Shown: positions 23,110-34,958, numbered from the stretch's first letter. The stretch is 64,000 nt of DNA from Oopsacas minuta (GCA_024704765.1 JAKMXF010000188.1:186001-250000), one strand, 5' to 3'. The notes: generated by a model from the letters alone, not told the origin. Made by a program: numbers and translations.

Positions 23110-24308
23110 CACTGGGCAACATCAAATTTATTCCTCAAATGAAAATATATTACCTAGACTAACTTTGGGATGTTGATTCCAAATCTGAAATCAGAATTGG
23201 TCTATCACGTCAGGATTTCAAGATATGAAAATTCACGAAATTCGGATTTTGCATTGATTGGCACTATATTATAAGGTACTATACAGTACAAGTTAGGCCT
23301 ATTGTACAATTTTCTTTCCCAGCGAATTGCTAGTCAACAATGCATATTATGTACGGTTAATATTAACATTATTTTGTAAATGTAATCTTTTGACAATTAA
23401 TGCATTCTTGAGTGTTCTTGGCCATGGCTATAAGGAGGGGTTATTTAGCCTACTTGCGGGTGGATTGTAGACTGTATCGATAAACCAACAACATTACTGT
23501 TTTGCAGAATTTTTAGTTTGTAACTGATTGTGTATTTAAGCTTTTTGTTTAAAATGAATACGAGCAGAAGACAATGCACGAACCACCAAGATAACTTCTG
23601 CTATATTTGTGGAAAATTTACGCCGAAGCCCCAGCGAAGAAATATTGCCAATCGTGTCAAGATTGGCTACAAGTATTACTTTGGTTGCAAAGTTGGTGAC
23701 CAAGGCAAGAACTGGGCACCTCACATCTGCTGTACCGTCTGCTATGCCAGTCTAATCCAATGGCTTAATGGAAAGAAGAAATCCATGCCATTTGCGGTAC
23801 CTATGATTTGGCGAGAACCTAAAAACCATACGTCGGATTGTTATTTTTGCACAACAAATATTGCTGGATTTTCGACCTCTATACCGTGATGGAATCGCGG
23901 TATAGAGGTCGATTTAACCCAAACATGATGGGGGACTACTGCTGGTTTCTCCAGCGTGAAACTGACACTGAACATGCTCGAAAGAGCAAGTGTATAAGCA
24001 CTTTTGAGAGGATACAATGTTATTTTTGTCTGGTTTAATCATCCTGGGTTGTGTTAAATTGTGCAAAATGATAATTCTGTTATTTTCACTAGCAATCACT
24101 GTGTTTATTACATGTAATGTTTTGTTCTGCACAGCCAAAATTAGCCAAAATGACAATTACGGGTTGTTGTGTGCATATGTCATATCTCAAAAACGTGACG
24201 TGTTAGAAAAAATCTAAGGTCAGATTTGGATTCAGCATGGCCATATTAGTCTAGGTAAACTTGAAACGAGCAAGGAATAAAAAATAAGTTGTAAAATGTT
24301 GTCCAGTG
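23110..24308 (+). mobile_element. Internally deleted Chapaev3-like (CMC superfamily) DNA transposon
   Basis: Termini CACTGGGCAACA / TGTTGTCCAGTG with long imperfect subterminal inverted similarity and an ATA target duplication. N-terminal Zn-finger (CYICG...DQGKNWAPHICC..C...PFAVPMIWREP..H..DCYFC) is fused directly to the C-terminal MESRYRGRFNPNMMGDYCW; the catalytic core is missing. Confidence 0.75.
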
Positions 24309-24406
24309 ATATTCCTTGATTGATTTCTAGCATTGAATATTCTCGACCAAAATTGAGAAAATTGTTGCATAGCTAAATTCAATATATTATAATCACTATA
24401 ATACTA

Positions 24407-25716
24407 CAGGATGACAATTAAGTTCTGATATATAGTTCCGATAGATCTGATACGTTTCAAATGTATTATATTACCATTTCTATCATTTATATTCTAACGT
24501 ATATGTCTTCCTGTTATGCTCAAACAGTAATCTAAATCTATATACGCATAAAATCAGAAATTTCAACGTGGAAGTAAAGAGGTCAAAAATTATCTCATTA
24601 TTTATGACCGGGAGCACACAGAGCGAGATTTTGAAAAAGCTGACAAGTGAAAAGATCAACAGATTATTCATTTATCGTACTATTAAACGATATAACGGTA
24701 CCAAAAGTGTGGAGGACAAGCCTCGTTCTGGCCGACCGACTATAGTTCGTACGAGAGCACTAAGGGAAAAACTCCGCGGTAAAATCGGCCGAAATCCCAG
24801 GCGGTCAATCCGGAAGATGGCAAGGAAGTACTCTGTTAATCGCGAAACATTGCGAAAGGTGATACATGAGGACCTGGGACTTAAATCACTCTAACGGCAA
24901 ACAGTTCATCATGTCACTCCCACTCTTCGGGTAAAAAGACTTGAAAGGTGCAAAAGGCTTCTGCGGCGCCTCGTAAATGAAGATTATGAACAGATATTGT
25001 TTTCGGACGAAAAGATTTTCACGGTAGAAGAAGCAACTAACCGTCAAAATGATAGAATTATTGCGTCCTCATGCAAAGACATCCCTGAGAGCATTAAATT
25101 CATCGATCGAGTGCAAAGACTGCTTTCTGTGATGGTCTGGGTTGGGGTGTCCGCAGATTCTCGGACAAAGTTGATTTTTGTCCCACAAGGGGTCAAAATT
25201 AACTCGCAAACATATAGAGATTTGATTCTTGAGCCTGTAATCAAATCTGCTGGTTCATCCTTGTTCAAAAACACACCCTGGATATTCCAGCAGGACTCTG
25301 CGCCAGCGTATGCCTCGAAAGCAACTCAATCCTGGCTTTTAGGGGAAAATATTGACTTTTTGTCCAAGGAAGAATGGCCTCCTTCAAGTCCGGATTTGAA
25401 TCCACTTGACTATTCCGTCTGGGGGACTTTACAGAGCAGAGCCTGCGCTACTCCGCATAGAAATTTGGAATCTCTGCGGAAGGCTTTGATTACAGAATAG
25501 GAGAAAATTCCGCAAGAAGAACTCCGTAAATCTGTCCAACGGTTTCAAGGACGACTTAAAGCTGTAGTAAAGGTAAAAGGCGGTTATATCGAATAGAATT
25601 GGAAAGGAAGCTTTATTATAATATGCTTTAACTGTCAGTGAAATTTAGATTGAAAGAATAACTAGTTTAGGAAAACCCAGAGTATATTCGTGTATCAGAA
25701 CTTAATTGTCACCCTG
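24407..25716 (+). mobile_element. Tc1/mariner maT-type (DD37D) transposon, full length but transposase inactivated
   Basis: 24-bp TIRs (CAGG[A/G]TGACAATTAAGTTCTGATA, 1 mismatch) and TA TSD. Transposase 24568-25596 in one frame with premature TAA (24892) and TAG (25498). Triad FSDE..QQDS..PDLNPLD with 37 residues between the last two Asp. Confidence 0.9.
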
Positions 25717-26209
25717 TATAGTAAATCCACCGTATTCCTATTTCCCCAAGAGGTTAGACAAGAAATGTTCACTTGTTGTAAATCGGTTGATGAATATTAA
25801 ATTACAAAATTACTGTAACCAATATTAATTTTATGCATAGATAGTATAACTCTTTTAGTTCCTACTCGAGAACTCAAGATGTATTTCCGGTTAATACGTA
25901 CAATATTTCTGGACCAAATGCATTAACCGAATACTGCAGGAAAATGTGTCATTTTATGACGTCAAAAAGGTGCTGAAATCTCGATTTGGGTGCGGGAATT
26001 AGTAAAACGAAGTGGTAACATTAACGTGTTCCTTTTCGTTACGAACGTAACACTTCGGCCGTAATCGGTTAACATCATACTTTTCTAAGTAAATACAAAA
26101 CTCGTGCACCAGACTCGATACATTTCTAATATTTGACTATATTTCTCAATTCATGATGTACTGTATTATTGTTGAATACTGGTTTCACTCTTTTGGCAAT
26201 TTTAATAGA

Positions 26210-27632
26210 ATGGCAAGTAAACAAGCTCCTGTTTGTGTTCGAATGAAGGGTTGGCCAATAATAGTCGCCGGGGGAGCATCTGGCATTGGAGCAGGTACCG
26301 TAGCGCGGCTTCACTCGGAGGGGGCCATTGTACAAATATTTGATATCAACGGCGAGGGTGCAAAGGAAGTAGCGGATAAATATGCCTCAGATGTTTCTTA
26401 TCAGGTAGTTGATGTAACCAACAAGAAAATGTGCGCACAGGCTGTTGAAAAGTTTGCTAATGCTAATGGAGGAATGGTTCAGGGATTGGTTAATTCGGTT
26501 GCTTATTTCGGCTGTAAAGCGTTCGATGCTGAGAAAGAGGACTGGGATAAGAGCTTCAGTGTGAATGTTGTTGGATATGCTAACATGGTCACAGCAGTAC
26601 AACCATATATGTTGGAAGCTAGGAAGTTAAAATTATCCTGCAGCATTGTCAATGTATCTAGCACTTCTAGGAGTATTGCACAGGTAAGCTTCATACAGTG
26701 CACGGTTTTTAATTTTAACCATACGAAACGGAAGCAAATACGTTTGGCGCATTGCTGTAGAGAGTAAACATGGGACGCCAAGATACTAGTTTTAGTATTT
26801 CCTGAATCAATTGGAATTCACACAACAATTCAAGATTATGTATGTACCATTTAACAACCCCACTACCCCAATAGCGAATTTTAATAGCATTATTTAATTT
26901 CGCATAGTTTTCCATAATATCTATATTATTAAATCACAATTGTTGTCTGTCCGTTGTCAAGGAAAGGATTTACGGTATTCAATTTTGAAATTGTCGCATA
27001 ATTATGTATTTATTTTGTTTATCAAGGAAGTAAATAGAATTCAAAATAACTTTACTAAATATATCCAACATGCTGAATCCGATTTTAACACTTTTGGATT
27101 AATCATATGTAAATTATGAGTTATGTGCTTGTGGGCCGTAGGCCCGAGTGTGGACACGAAATGTTCGCAACCGCGTACCGCGAGGAAGCGAAGCGCGTTC
27201 GTAAGTTAAATAAAACGATAGGCTTTGATAAAACAAGTTTTGTTAATGGATACATCCCCTGTACTGTAGGTGAAAAGGTGGACATACAATGCTACGAAAG
27301 GCGCAGTATCTGCAATGACGCGATGCATGGCTTTAGACATGGGGAGAGATAATATCCGTGTAAATGCCATCAGCCCTTCCTGGACATGGACCCCAGAGGT
27401 AGCTAAGGCCGCTAAAGAGGGAGGCAGGGAAAAATGGGAACCAGTATGGGGGAAATTCCACATGCTGAACCGAATCGGAAATGTTGAGGAAGTAGCTAGC
27501 GCTATTGCATTCTTGCTGAGTGATGATGCTGGGTTTGTGACTGGATCTGATCTGGCTTGTGATGGCGGATATATGGCGATCGGTCCTGAGAGGTTCGGAG
27601 AAGATTCTTCATTTGCTGGCAGTGACTATTAG
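26210..27632 (+). CDS. Classical short-chain dehydrogenase/reductase; join(26210..26683,27270..27632), about 278 aa
   Basis: GGASGIG cofactor motif, NVSS and YNATK catalytic motif. Phase-0 intron CAG|GTAAG...CTGTAG|GTG joins SIAQ to VKRWTYNATK. C-terminus IRVNAISPSWTWT...GFVTGSDLACDGGY. Confidence 0.9.
26920..27205 (+). mobile_element. Non-autonomous Helitron-like repeat (dispersed family) in the SDR intron
   Basis: Starts A|TCTATATTATTAAAT, then a GTCT/GTCC microsatellite-like stretch and a GC-rich 3' hairpin. Related segments at 7237(-), 29685(-), 47125(+), 47738(+), 59364(+), 50500-50560(-) and 59575-59975(-). Confidence 0.55.
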
Positions 27633-28668
27633 TCACGTCCATTCTATTTTATTTTTATAGTCAGAGCCTCACCAGTGTTCTTATATTATCTGCTAATACT
27701 TTGATATCGTTATTATTTCGATTTTTTGCGCCTTTCGACTGGTCCTAGGACTCAACGTATGACCGAAAATGGGACTTCCGACCAATTTCGGCACTGGCAA
27801 CTATAGATATGTCTTTCGGAATAATATAAAATTTCTGGGTATTGGTTAAAAATTGATCATCCTTCATCAGAATAAAGTACAATGCAACCTCAATTATACG
27901 AACATGGCCCCTGGTCCCAGTTCCTAATCGACTACTATGTATAAATTCCTCGATTATCCGGACAGTCGATTGTCCGACGCTTATGCCAGGTCCCAACTAG
28001 TTTGGATAATCGAGGTTGCACTATATTCATTTAACTTTGTTGATCATCTACTACTTATTTATCAATTATGTTAATAATATATGAGAAAATGTCCAACCGC
28101 AGACCGGTAGTGGTAGTGCAGCTCAGAGTTATTTGTTTTTGTTCTTTTCAGGGGACGTGTCCCCCATGACCCCACTCCATATAGTTACCGCAATACACCA
28201 GACCCCAACTGATTTTGGGCTCCTGGATCTGATAAATATTTCAGGATACTCAATATTATTAGTCCCCTACTGTACTTCATGTTTTATCCTCAAATCCTAT
28301 GTATAAGATTCCGAATAAAATCCTACAATTACCCTGTCTAACATTTGAAATGATTGAAATATGTGTGAGAAGATGTAAAGATTTGCTTATTCACATGATT
28401 AATCACTGAGTGAGAGATTATCCAAATACTCAATTACTCCTGACAAACAGTGAAAACGAAAATTTAACATCATTTTGAATTATATGCAAAAATTTGTGGA
28501 AATATGATAAATCTGTGAAATCGGACTCTACACACCCAAGAAACGGGCCAGTGTAGCATTTTCGGCTTCCCTGGTTCCCCATTTGTGTAAGTTACACTGT
28601 ATTCAATCCGATCTGATTCTGACTGATTTATTTATAACTACAATTGCATTGCAGTATAATACTACATA

Positions 28669-29409
28669 ATGCAGGACATAGTAGCTAGTGTAGAAGGATA
28701 TGATCTGGAGATAGACAGCTTCCTACATGAGCAAGTAGGTTTGAGAAACCTCCCTTTCTACGGAATGGACAAATCACGTGCCTCTATTTGCGAGTACTAT
28801 ATGAGAGATACTTGTGTCAGAGGCTCCTACTGCCCCCTACGTCACGTACGCGGTCAGAAGACTGTGGTATGTAAGCACTGGCTCCGCTATCTCTGTAAGA
28901 AGGGAGATGACTGTGAATTCCTACACGAATATGACATGAGTAAAATGCCAGAATGTTACTTCTATTCAAAGTTTAGAGAATGTAACAATAAAGATTGTAA
29001 GTACCTTCACATTGACCCTGAATCTAAAGTTAAAGAATGTGCTTGGTATCTACGTGGATTCTGTAAGCATGGACCCAATTGCAAACACAAACATCTACGT
29101 CGTGTTATCTGCATAAACTATGTGGGAGGATTTTGTCCTGAGGGGCCTAAATGTAAATATCTACATCCCAAGTTTGAGATCCCTCAGCTGGGACAGGCGG
29201 ACCAAATGGGCGGTAAAACTGTAATATGTCACACATGCAAACAGCCAGGACATAAGTCTGTCCAATGTCCTCAAGGTATGCCAGCTCCCGAAAACACGAT
29301 CCCCATCCCTCTCACAGGCCCCAATCTATCTGTTCGGTCACAAATAGAGATTGATGAACTTAAATCTCTCACTAATGACCTCAGACCTATGACTATTAAC
29401 CAATACTAG
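28669..29409 (+). CDS. CPSF4: Cleavage and polyadenylation specificity factor subunit 4 (CPSF30), intronless
   Basis: Five CCCH fingers (KTVVCKHWLRYLCKKGDDCEFLHEYDMSKMPECYFYSKF) plus a CCHC knuckle; close to the vertebrate sequence throughout. Confidence 0.95.
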   Translation: MQDIVASVEGYDLEIDSFLHEQVGLRNLPFYGMDKSRASICEYYMRDTCVRGSYCPLRHVRGQKTVVCKHWLRYLCKKGDDCEFLHEYDMSKMPECYFYSKFRECNNKDCKYLHIDPESKVKECAWYLRGFCKHGPNCKHKHLRRVICINYVGGFCPEGPKCKYLHPKFEIPQLGQADQMGGKTVICHTCKQPGHKSVQCPQGMPAPENTIPIPLTGPNLSVRSQIEIDELKSLTNDLRPMTINQY

Positions 29410-29476
29410 CTGATTATTATCTATTTAGTATGATTTGTTTCTTCAAATTAAACATTATCAAATCTTATGTTTGGTA

Positions 29477-29685
29477 CAGTAGAACTCGGTTAATACGTTC
29501 GATTGTTACTTCGCTAAATATATGTTCGATATATTTAGTGAAGTTTTTTTGAATTCTATTTACTTCCTTGATAAACACGATAAATACATAGTTATGCGAC
29601 AATATCAAAATTGCATACCGTGAATTCTTTCCTTGACAACGGACAAACAGACAGACAAACAACAATTGAGATTTAATAATATAGA
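29477..29685 (-). mobile_element. Chimeric repeat (pogo-type MITE end + Helitron-like 5' segment) filling the CPSF4-RBBP6 gap
   Basis: TA|CAGTAGAACTCGG at 29477 resembles the TIR at 36381. 29530-29685 is the reverse complement of the family at 26920 and 47125, ending in TC at 29685-29684. Confidence 0.6.
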
Positions 29686-29702
29686 TTATTTCAGCCATAA
29701 CG

Positions 29703-31052
29703 ATGTCTTATGAATCTCTTATTCATTATAAATTTGGCAATACTATGACGTATTCAGAAATAAAGTTTCAAGGCTTAGAGATATCCCTTTCTGATCTAAA
29801 AATCAAAATACTAAATGCAGAACACATGAACCACACACCATTAGAGATCATTAATGCTCAAAATAAGAGAGTTTATCTTGAAGAAACAGAAATGATACAA
29901 AGGAATGTCTCTGTTATAGTTAAGAGAATCCCTCCTCCTAAAACTAATCTCTCTTCTAAAGTTATTATTGCTAACCAAAAGAGACGTGCAGAAAAGGATA
30001 TTTCTGACAGAATTAAATCAAGCACTGTAGATATTGGCAACCAAGAAGCTGATTTGTTTAATATTGACAAGTCTGAAGATTATAAAATTCAAAAGATGAT
30101 GAATCAGACTGGACTATTAGTTAAAATCGACAATTCAATTAGATGTTATACCTGTGGACGATCAGGACACTATAAAGACAAATGCCCTCTATTACATAAA
30201 GATTCTAATTCAAATAATGTTAAGATTAAACGTCCTAAAGGGATACCTTCTTCAATGTTAGAAACCATTCCTGGGGACTCCATTGATAGAAACAATATTA
30301 AAGAAGGTGTTTATGTTAATCGTAGAGGAGACTATGTTATTCCTATTGTGGATAAACCTGTCTTGGCAAAACGACCCAAATATGCCATAACTAAGGATTT
30401 GTCAAATGCTAATCCCTCACATTCTATTCCTAAAGAATTACAGTGTAAACTCTGTCATAGACTAGTTATTGATGCTGTTAGTATACAATGTTGTGACAAT
30501 AGTTTTTGTGATGAATGTATTAGAAATTATTTAATTGATAATAATTTTCATTGTCCACTTAAAACTTGTAGGAAAGGTGACAGCTTTCCAGACGATCTCA
30601 TCCCTAATATACGATTAAGGAAGGCCGTTAAGCATTTCCTATCTAAGACTGATGAGGAGAAGCATAATACAAATGTATATCTTGCTCATGATTCTAATTC
30701 GATTGACAAAAATGATACTTTATCAAAAGTTGAGGATGGGATTGGGACAGAATCTTTAGGTGAGGATTCAATCATTGATCCTTCCCTGGAGGCTAAACCG
30801 CAGGAGGTAAATTTGGGCAATAATAATAATATGAAAAACTCGAAAATACCTCCACAACCTCTGTTTCTGGATAGTCATACCTTTGAGAAAGATTCTGAAT
30901 ATCTATCAACTATTGAGACTATAAACTCAGACTCACGTATTCCTGATAAAGAATTACAGTCTAATACACACACAAATTCTAAATCACAATTGTATCCGCT
31001 TCTAACAGAAGAAGAGTTTTATTTCCAACAAGCTCTATATCGGAAGAAGTAA
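29703..31052 (+). CDS. RBBP6: RBBP6/Mpe1-like E3 ligase (DWNN ubiquitin-like domain, Zn knuckle, RING), short form, intronless
   Basis: IHYKF...EISLSDLK...IQRNVSVIVKRIP (DWNN), CYTCGRSGHYKDKCP, KRPKGIPSSML and RING CKLC...CCDNSFCDECI...CP..C, followed by PNIRLRKAV. Confidence 0.88.
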   Translation: MSYESLIHYKFGNTMTYSEIKFQGLEISLSDLKIKILNAEHMNHTPLEIINAQNKRVYLEETEMIQRNVSVIVKRIPPPKTNLSSKVIIANQKRRAEKDISDRIKSSTVDIGNQEADLFNIDKSEDYKIQKMMNQTGLLVKIDNSIRCYTCGRSGHYKDKCPLLHKDSNSNNVKIKRPKGIPSSMLETIPGDSIDRNNIKEGVYVNRRGDYVIPIVDKPVLAKRPKYAITKDLSNANPSHSIPKELQCKLCHRLVIDAVSIQCCDNSFCDECIRNYLIDNNFHCPLKTCRKGDSFPDDLIPNIRLRKAVKHFLSKTDEEKHNTNVYLAHDSNSIDKNDTLSKVEDGIGTESLGEDSIIDPSLEAKPQEVNLGNNNNMKNSKIPPQPLFLDSHTFEKDSEYLSTIETINSDSRIPDKELQSNTHTNSKSQLYPLLTEEEFYFQQALYRKK

Positions 31053-32233
31053 TATCTACGATATCTTGTTACTTGTTTGTATGTAATAATTATTCATGTT
31101 AACTGATAATATTTATCTCAAGAATTGTATCTGGTAATCTCATTTGAAGCTGACATTTATTAATTCATATCTCTGGCATTATTGTTCCACGCTAAGTAGG
31201 AGTTACGCAAAGTAGGAATACTTTCCTTGGATATTTGAAAAATTCCTGGATCCCAAGTTTTACACCCACAAATAGAAATTCAAGCTATAATTTGGGTGAC
31301 AAAGACACTTAAATTTGCAGAAAATTGGCTCGATATTGAAATTCTGACCTAGAACTCTGAACTCGTATAATATCCCACTTAGGTTGCCTAGTAGGCAAAG
31401 TAGGAAATAATTTCAATATTATGAATTAATGATACAATACAATATAAGTCACACGAACAAAGGTTTTTACGTTTAAATCCTCGAACCAGCATTTCGACCA
31501 GAAATTCACGCCAATTGGAGTATTCCACATATTTTACTGTGTTAATTTCCTATAATCAGCTACTCTGAATAATATCTGGAATGAAATATACAAAGTGTTT
31601 GCGTTTCCACACTGCTTAAGTTAAATAAAATGGATAAATTCCCTTACTGGTGGATTCATCTGAAAATTGTCTAGCACCTTATTTTATGTGATTTATTAGA
31701 TGTTTAAGTTTATAAGTTGTTTCATATTTCACTGCTCGAACTCGCTGCTAACTTCACACTCGTATTTCAAGGTATATAATCTAATTTAAAACGGCAATTT
31801 TCGAGGCATGTAGCGAAGTGACCTAGTAATTGAAGCGCGAAGAGCTCTAGCTGTCTAGCAAGTAAATATAAATGTAATGATAACATAACTATTGTATTCA
31901 TTTATGTAAACACACTCCTTTCAAGCAAAGTTCCTCCTCGAGCTCTCAGAAAAATATTTACAATGAATCACAGTTCCTCGCTAATCCGAACAGCTCTGTA
32001 AGGGACTGACCATTCATAAAAATAATTGTTCCAATTACTGACATATTTACACATGTTTAACAAACGGTGAAAGGTTTTGAACATGTATGATACAGTATGT
32101 AGACTGTATGGGTAATATTCTACAGCTAACTCCTATATAATTAGTTCTTTACGAACATATATAACATTTTGCAAAATGTATATCAAATCTAGGTTCTGTT
32201 CGGATTACCGAGGGCCTAGTGTATGTATTTAGA

Positions 32234-32477
32234 AGAGCATTAAGCGCTCCTCATTTTTGGAGCTCGCTTTCGCTCCGCGCTCCCACTTCCTCTCCTTACT
32301 GAGAAATGGAACCCACTCCGGCTCCTGCTCCAATCGTGCTGCAATTAATTTTTTCATATTTACATTAGATTTGTATTTTAAGTAATCAGGATTGATTTAA
32401 CAATTCTATATTCGGGAAATTGCTAAATGTGTAACGTCTAACCATTTCAATAAATTTTGAATAATACAAAAGTGTCC
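32234..32477 (+). repeat. Dispersed repeat, copy 1 (copy 2 at 44186-44475)
   Basis: Both copies share AGAGCATTA(A/T)GCGCTCC..., GGAGC/GCTCC-rich short inverted motifs and a common AT-rich tail ending AAGTGTCC. Confidence 0.7.
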
Positions 32478-32684
32478 TCGAACATGTCGTACAAAAAAGT
32501 CAAAATTCCGAAAAATTTCAGAACTTTTTGATGCCCGAGGCACGAAGTTTCAAGTACTCTATGATACGTATATTAGACTGCGCATTAAATAATATACTTA
32601 GTGTGATACAATGATTAATTGGATTAATAAGCAACACAATACAGTTAGAGTATAGTAATAATGATTAGCTGATTCGTAGCAGAA

Positions 32685-33149
32685 TCAAAGAGATGTGGCT
32701 AGAATTATGAAATTGAATTTAATGCACGCCTCACGCATGTCTTGGTCGAATATTGAAAGTAGACCGGAATAATTTCCAATAGGAGTTTGGCTAGGAATGT
32801 GATTCTCTAAAATCACTGCATGATCTCCTGGTGCTAAAGGAAGTTGATTTGATGAGAAGTAGGACAAAGGATACGTTCTATCGAACAACTTAAGAAAATC
32901 TTTGAATATCTTTATAAATATTTGCAAGTGAACTTGACCACTCGAAAGAGTATACTCAATGTGTAATGTTAATGATATAGACATATTTCTACCTCTAATA
33001 ATAGGGCTGGGAGATATAACAACACTATCTACAGTAATTATTTGACCAGTTATTGTACACTTAATCACATCTTCATCAAGGGAATCTACTACTGGCAGTA
33101 GTAGTAGTAGCAGTAATATTGTGAGATTAAGTATCATCGAGGTATTCAT
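32685..33149 (-). CDS. Secreted ML (MD-2/NPC2/PG-PI transfer protein-like) lipid-binding protein, about 154 aa, intronless
   Basis: Leu-rich signal peptide, C...VVISPSPIIRG, LPLAPG...IPSQTPIGNY and terminal AC.F follow the ML fold pattern. ATG at 33149 (track start is TTG). Confidence 0.7.
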   Translation of the reverse strand: MNTSMILNLTILLLLLLLPVVDSLDEDVIKCTITGQIITVDSVVISPSPIIRGRNMSISLTLHIEYTLSSGQVHLQIFIKIFKDFLKLFDRTYPLSYFSSNQLPLAPGDHAVILENHIPSQTPIGNYSGLLSIFDQDMREACIKFNFIILATSL

Positions 33150-34958
33150 TTGAGGCAATGCTTAGAATTAAATTCACTTGTATATATACTTTATAAGTAT
33201 GTACACAAATTTATATTACTGGGTACATAATTATTTCATAGATACCAAGGTTTTAAGCAAAAATGTGTTGTAAATACTTATTTAAACTCTCTAGATTATC
33301 TAACATTCTACACAATAATAAATATTCTCAAGTATAATAGTATCATATAGATGGTTATGACACGTGGCTAAACGTATAAAAGGTTAAAGCCATAATATTC
33401 ATAAAAAATATCTCAAAATATATTTCATATCAGCTGATACGACCAGTTAAATTTTGTAATTTTGAATCTCCAAAAATTGTAAAATGTTGAGCTTTTCATT
33501 GATAACGGTACTGTAGGGGTTCACTTTGGGATATGTTGTACATAAACATGTGCATAAAGTAACTAACCTGATTTTTATAGTTTTGTCTAGAATCGGAATT
33601 ATGGACACATTTAGTTACGTCATCCAAAAATGAATCCCAAAAGCTCAATCGGTCAGATTAGGCATGAAAATTATACATTGTAATAATTGAGAATAATCAC
33701 ATAAATTGCTTTCATATAATTGAGAGTTCTTGCGAGTCTTGAATCCTCTAAAGAGTAAACAAAAAGCCTGTATTTTGAGTGTAGCTATAGTTCATATTCT
33801 CTCTTAACTTTAATGAGTGAGTAGTTAAGGTATCATGTGTACCAATTCATTACCCCATAGCTCAAGAATCTCATTCTTACGTTTAATGTTCTCACAGTCC
33901 TTTGAACTGAAATAACAGGCAGACAATTCTATTTTGAAGATATATCTGACCGCGATAACATTGAAAGACTGATATAGTAACAGCATGCAGCTTCTGTTTG
34001 CCCATGAAATTCGCACAATTAAGTCGTATTATGACTGTTCTAACTGATTCTGATCTACTGTTGTCTATATCTATAGAGCTTGTACGCTCTCTGTATGATA
34101 ACAGCTATGATTTCTTCTAAAAGCTCCCCAGCTGGATTTTTCAGGATAAATCAGAGCTGCTGTTATCATACAGAGAGCATACAAGCTGTTTGTGGTAAGT
34201 AAGGTCTTACTCACACTGACAATAAGATTACTATGCAGTTAATTTCACAGGGTTAGCATACTAGAAATCTCAGTCTATCTCCTAATTGCAAACTACCTTT
34301 TAAAACCTAAATGAATTACTAATGCTGCTGCTGCTGTGAAGCAATTCGCATCACTTCCTTAAAAAAGAAGACTGCAATACATAGACTGATAAATTATTAT
34401 TATTAGAAGACATCTTCTCGTGAAGTTATTTCAGGTTGTCTTGGTCCGCCTCCCCTGATTGAAAACCCTGCCCTATATTGTAAATGCTAACCCTGTAACG
34501 GTTGCTCCGGTTGGGACCTGACCAACCGCAACCGGATATCTCCTATAGCTATGAAATAGGTTCGTTGGGAAAACAAGCTCTTGTGTCCTGATACTCATAA
34601 TAAGCATGAAATTTCCTATGGATCAATAGGATAATAATGTTTATAAAAGGTTGAGTAATTACTCCTCTTATTCCTAAATATTTCGTTACGATTCATACCC
34701 TGAAGAGGAGTTCACCCCTGCCCTGGGTGGCGTCACGCCTTTTCCATTAATTTAAATAATTATATCATTAACGAGGATAATAAATAAATATTGAGATTAT
34801 AGAAATAATATAGAATAGATAGTGTTTAGAATAAAAATACAAAATAGTGATATTATAAAAGTTAGAAAAAGTGAAAAAGGGTTAAATATTACCAAAAGAA
34901 TAAAGTATAATGTTGAGTAGATATTTCGACATACGTAACTAATTAGTAATAGTTGTAT

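Noticed and set aside
24892-25500. Stop-codon readthrough or alternative genetic code to explain in-frame stops in the maT transposase
   Set aside because: Host genes end normally in TAA, TAG and TGA. The stops replace Lys and Trp codons by single substitutions, and a PAH>PAY change also indicates decay.
26153-27632. Bacterial contamination as the source of the SDR or the 53228 phosphatase
   Set aside because: The SDR has a spliceosomal intron with a host repeat; both genes are flanked by animal genes and host TEs.
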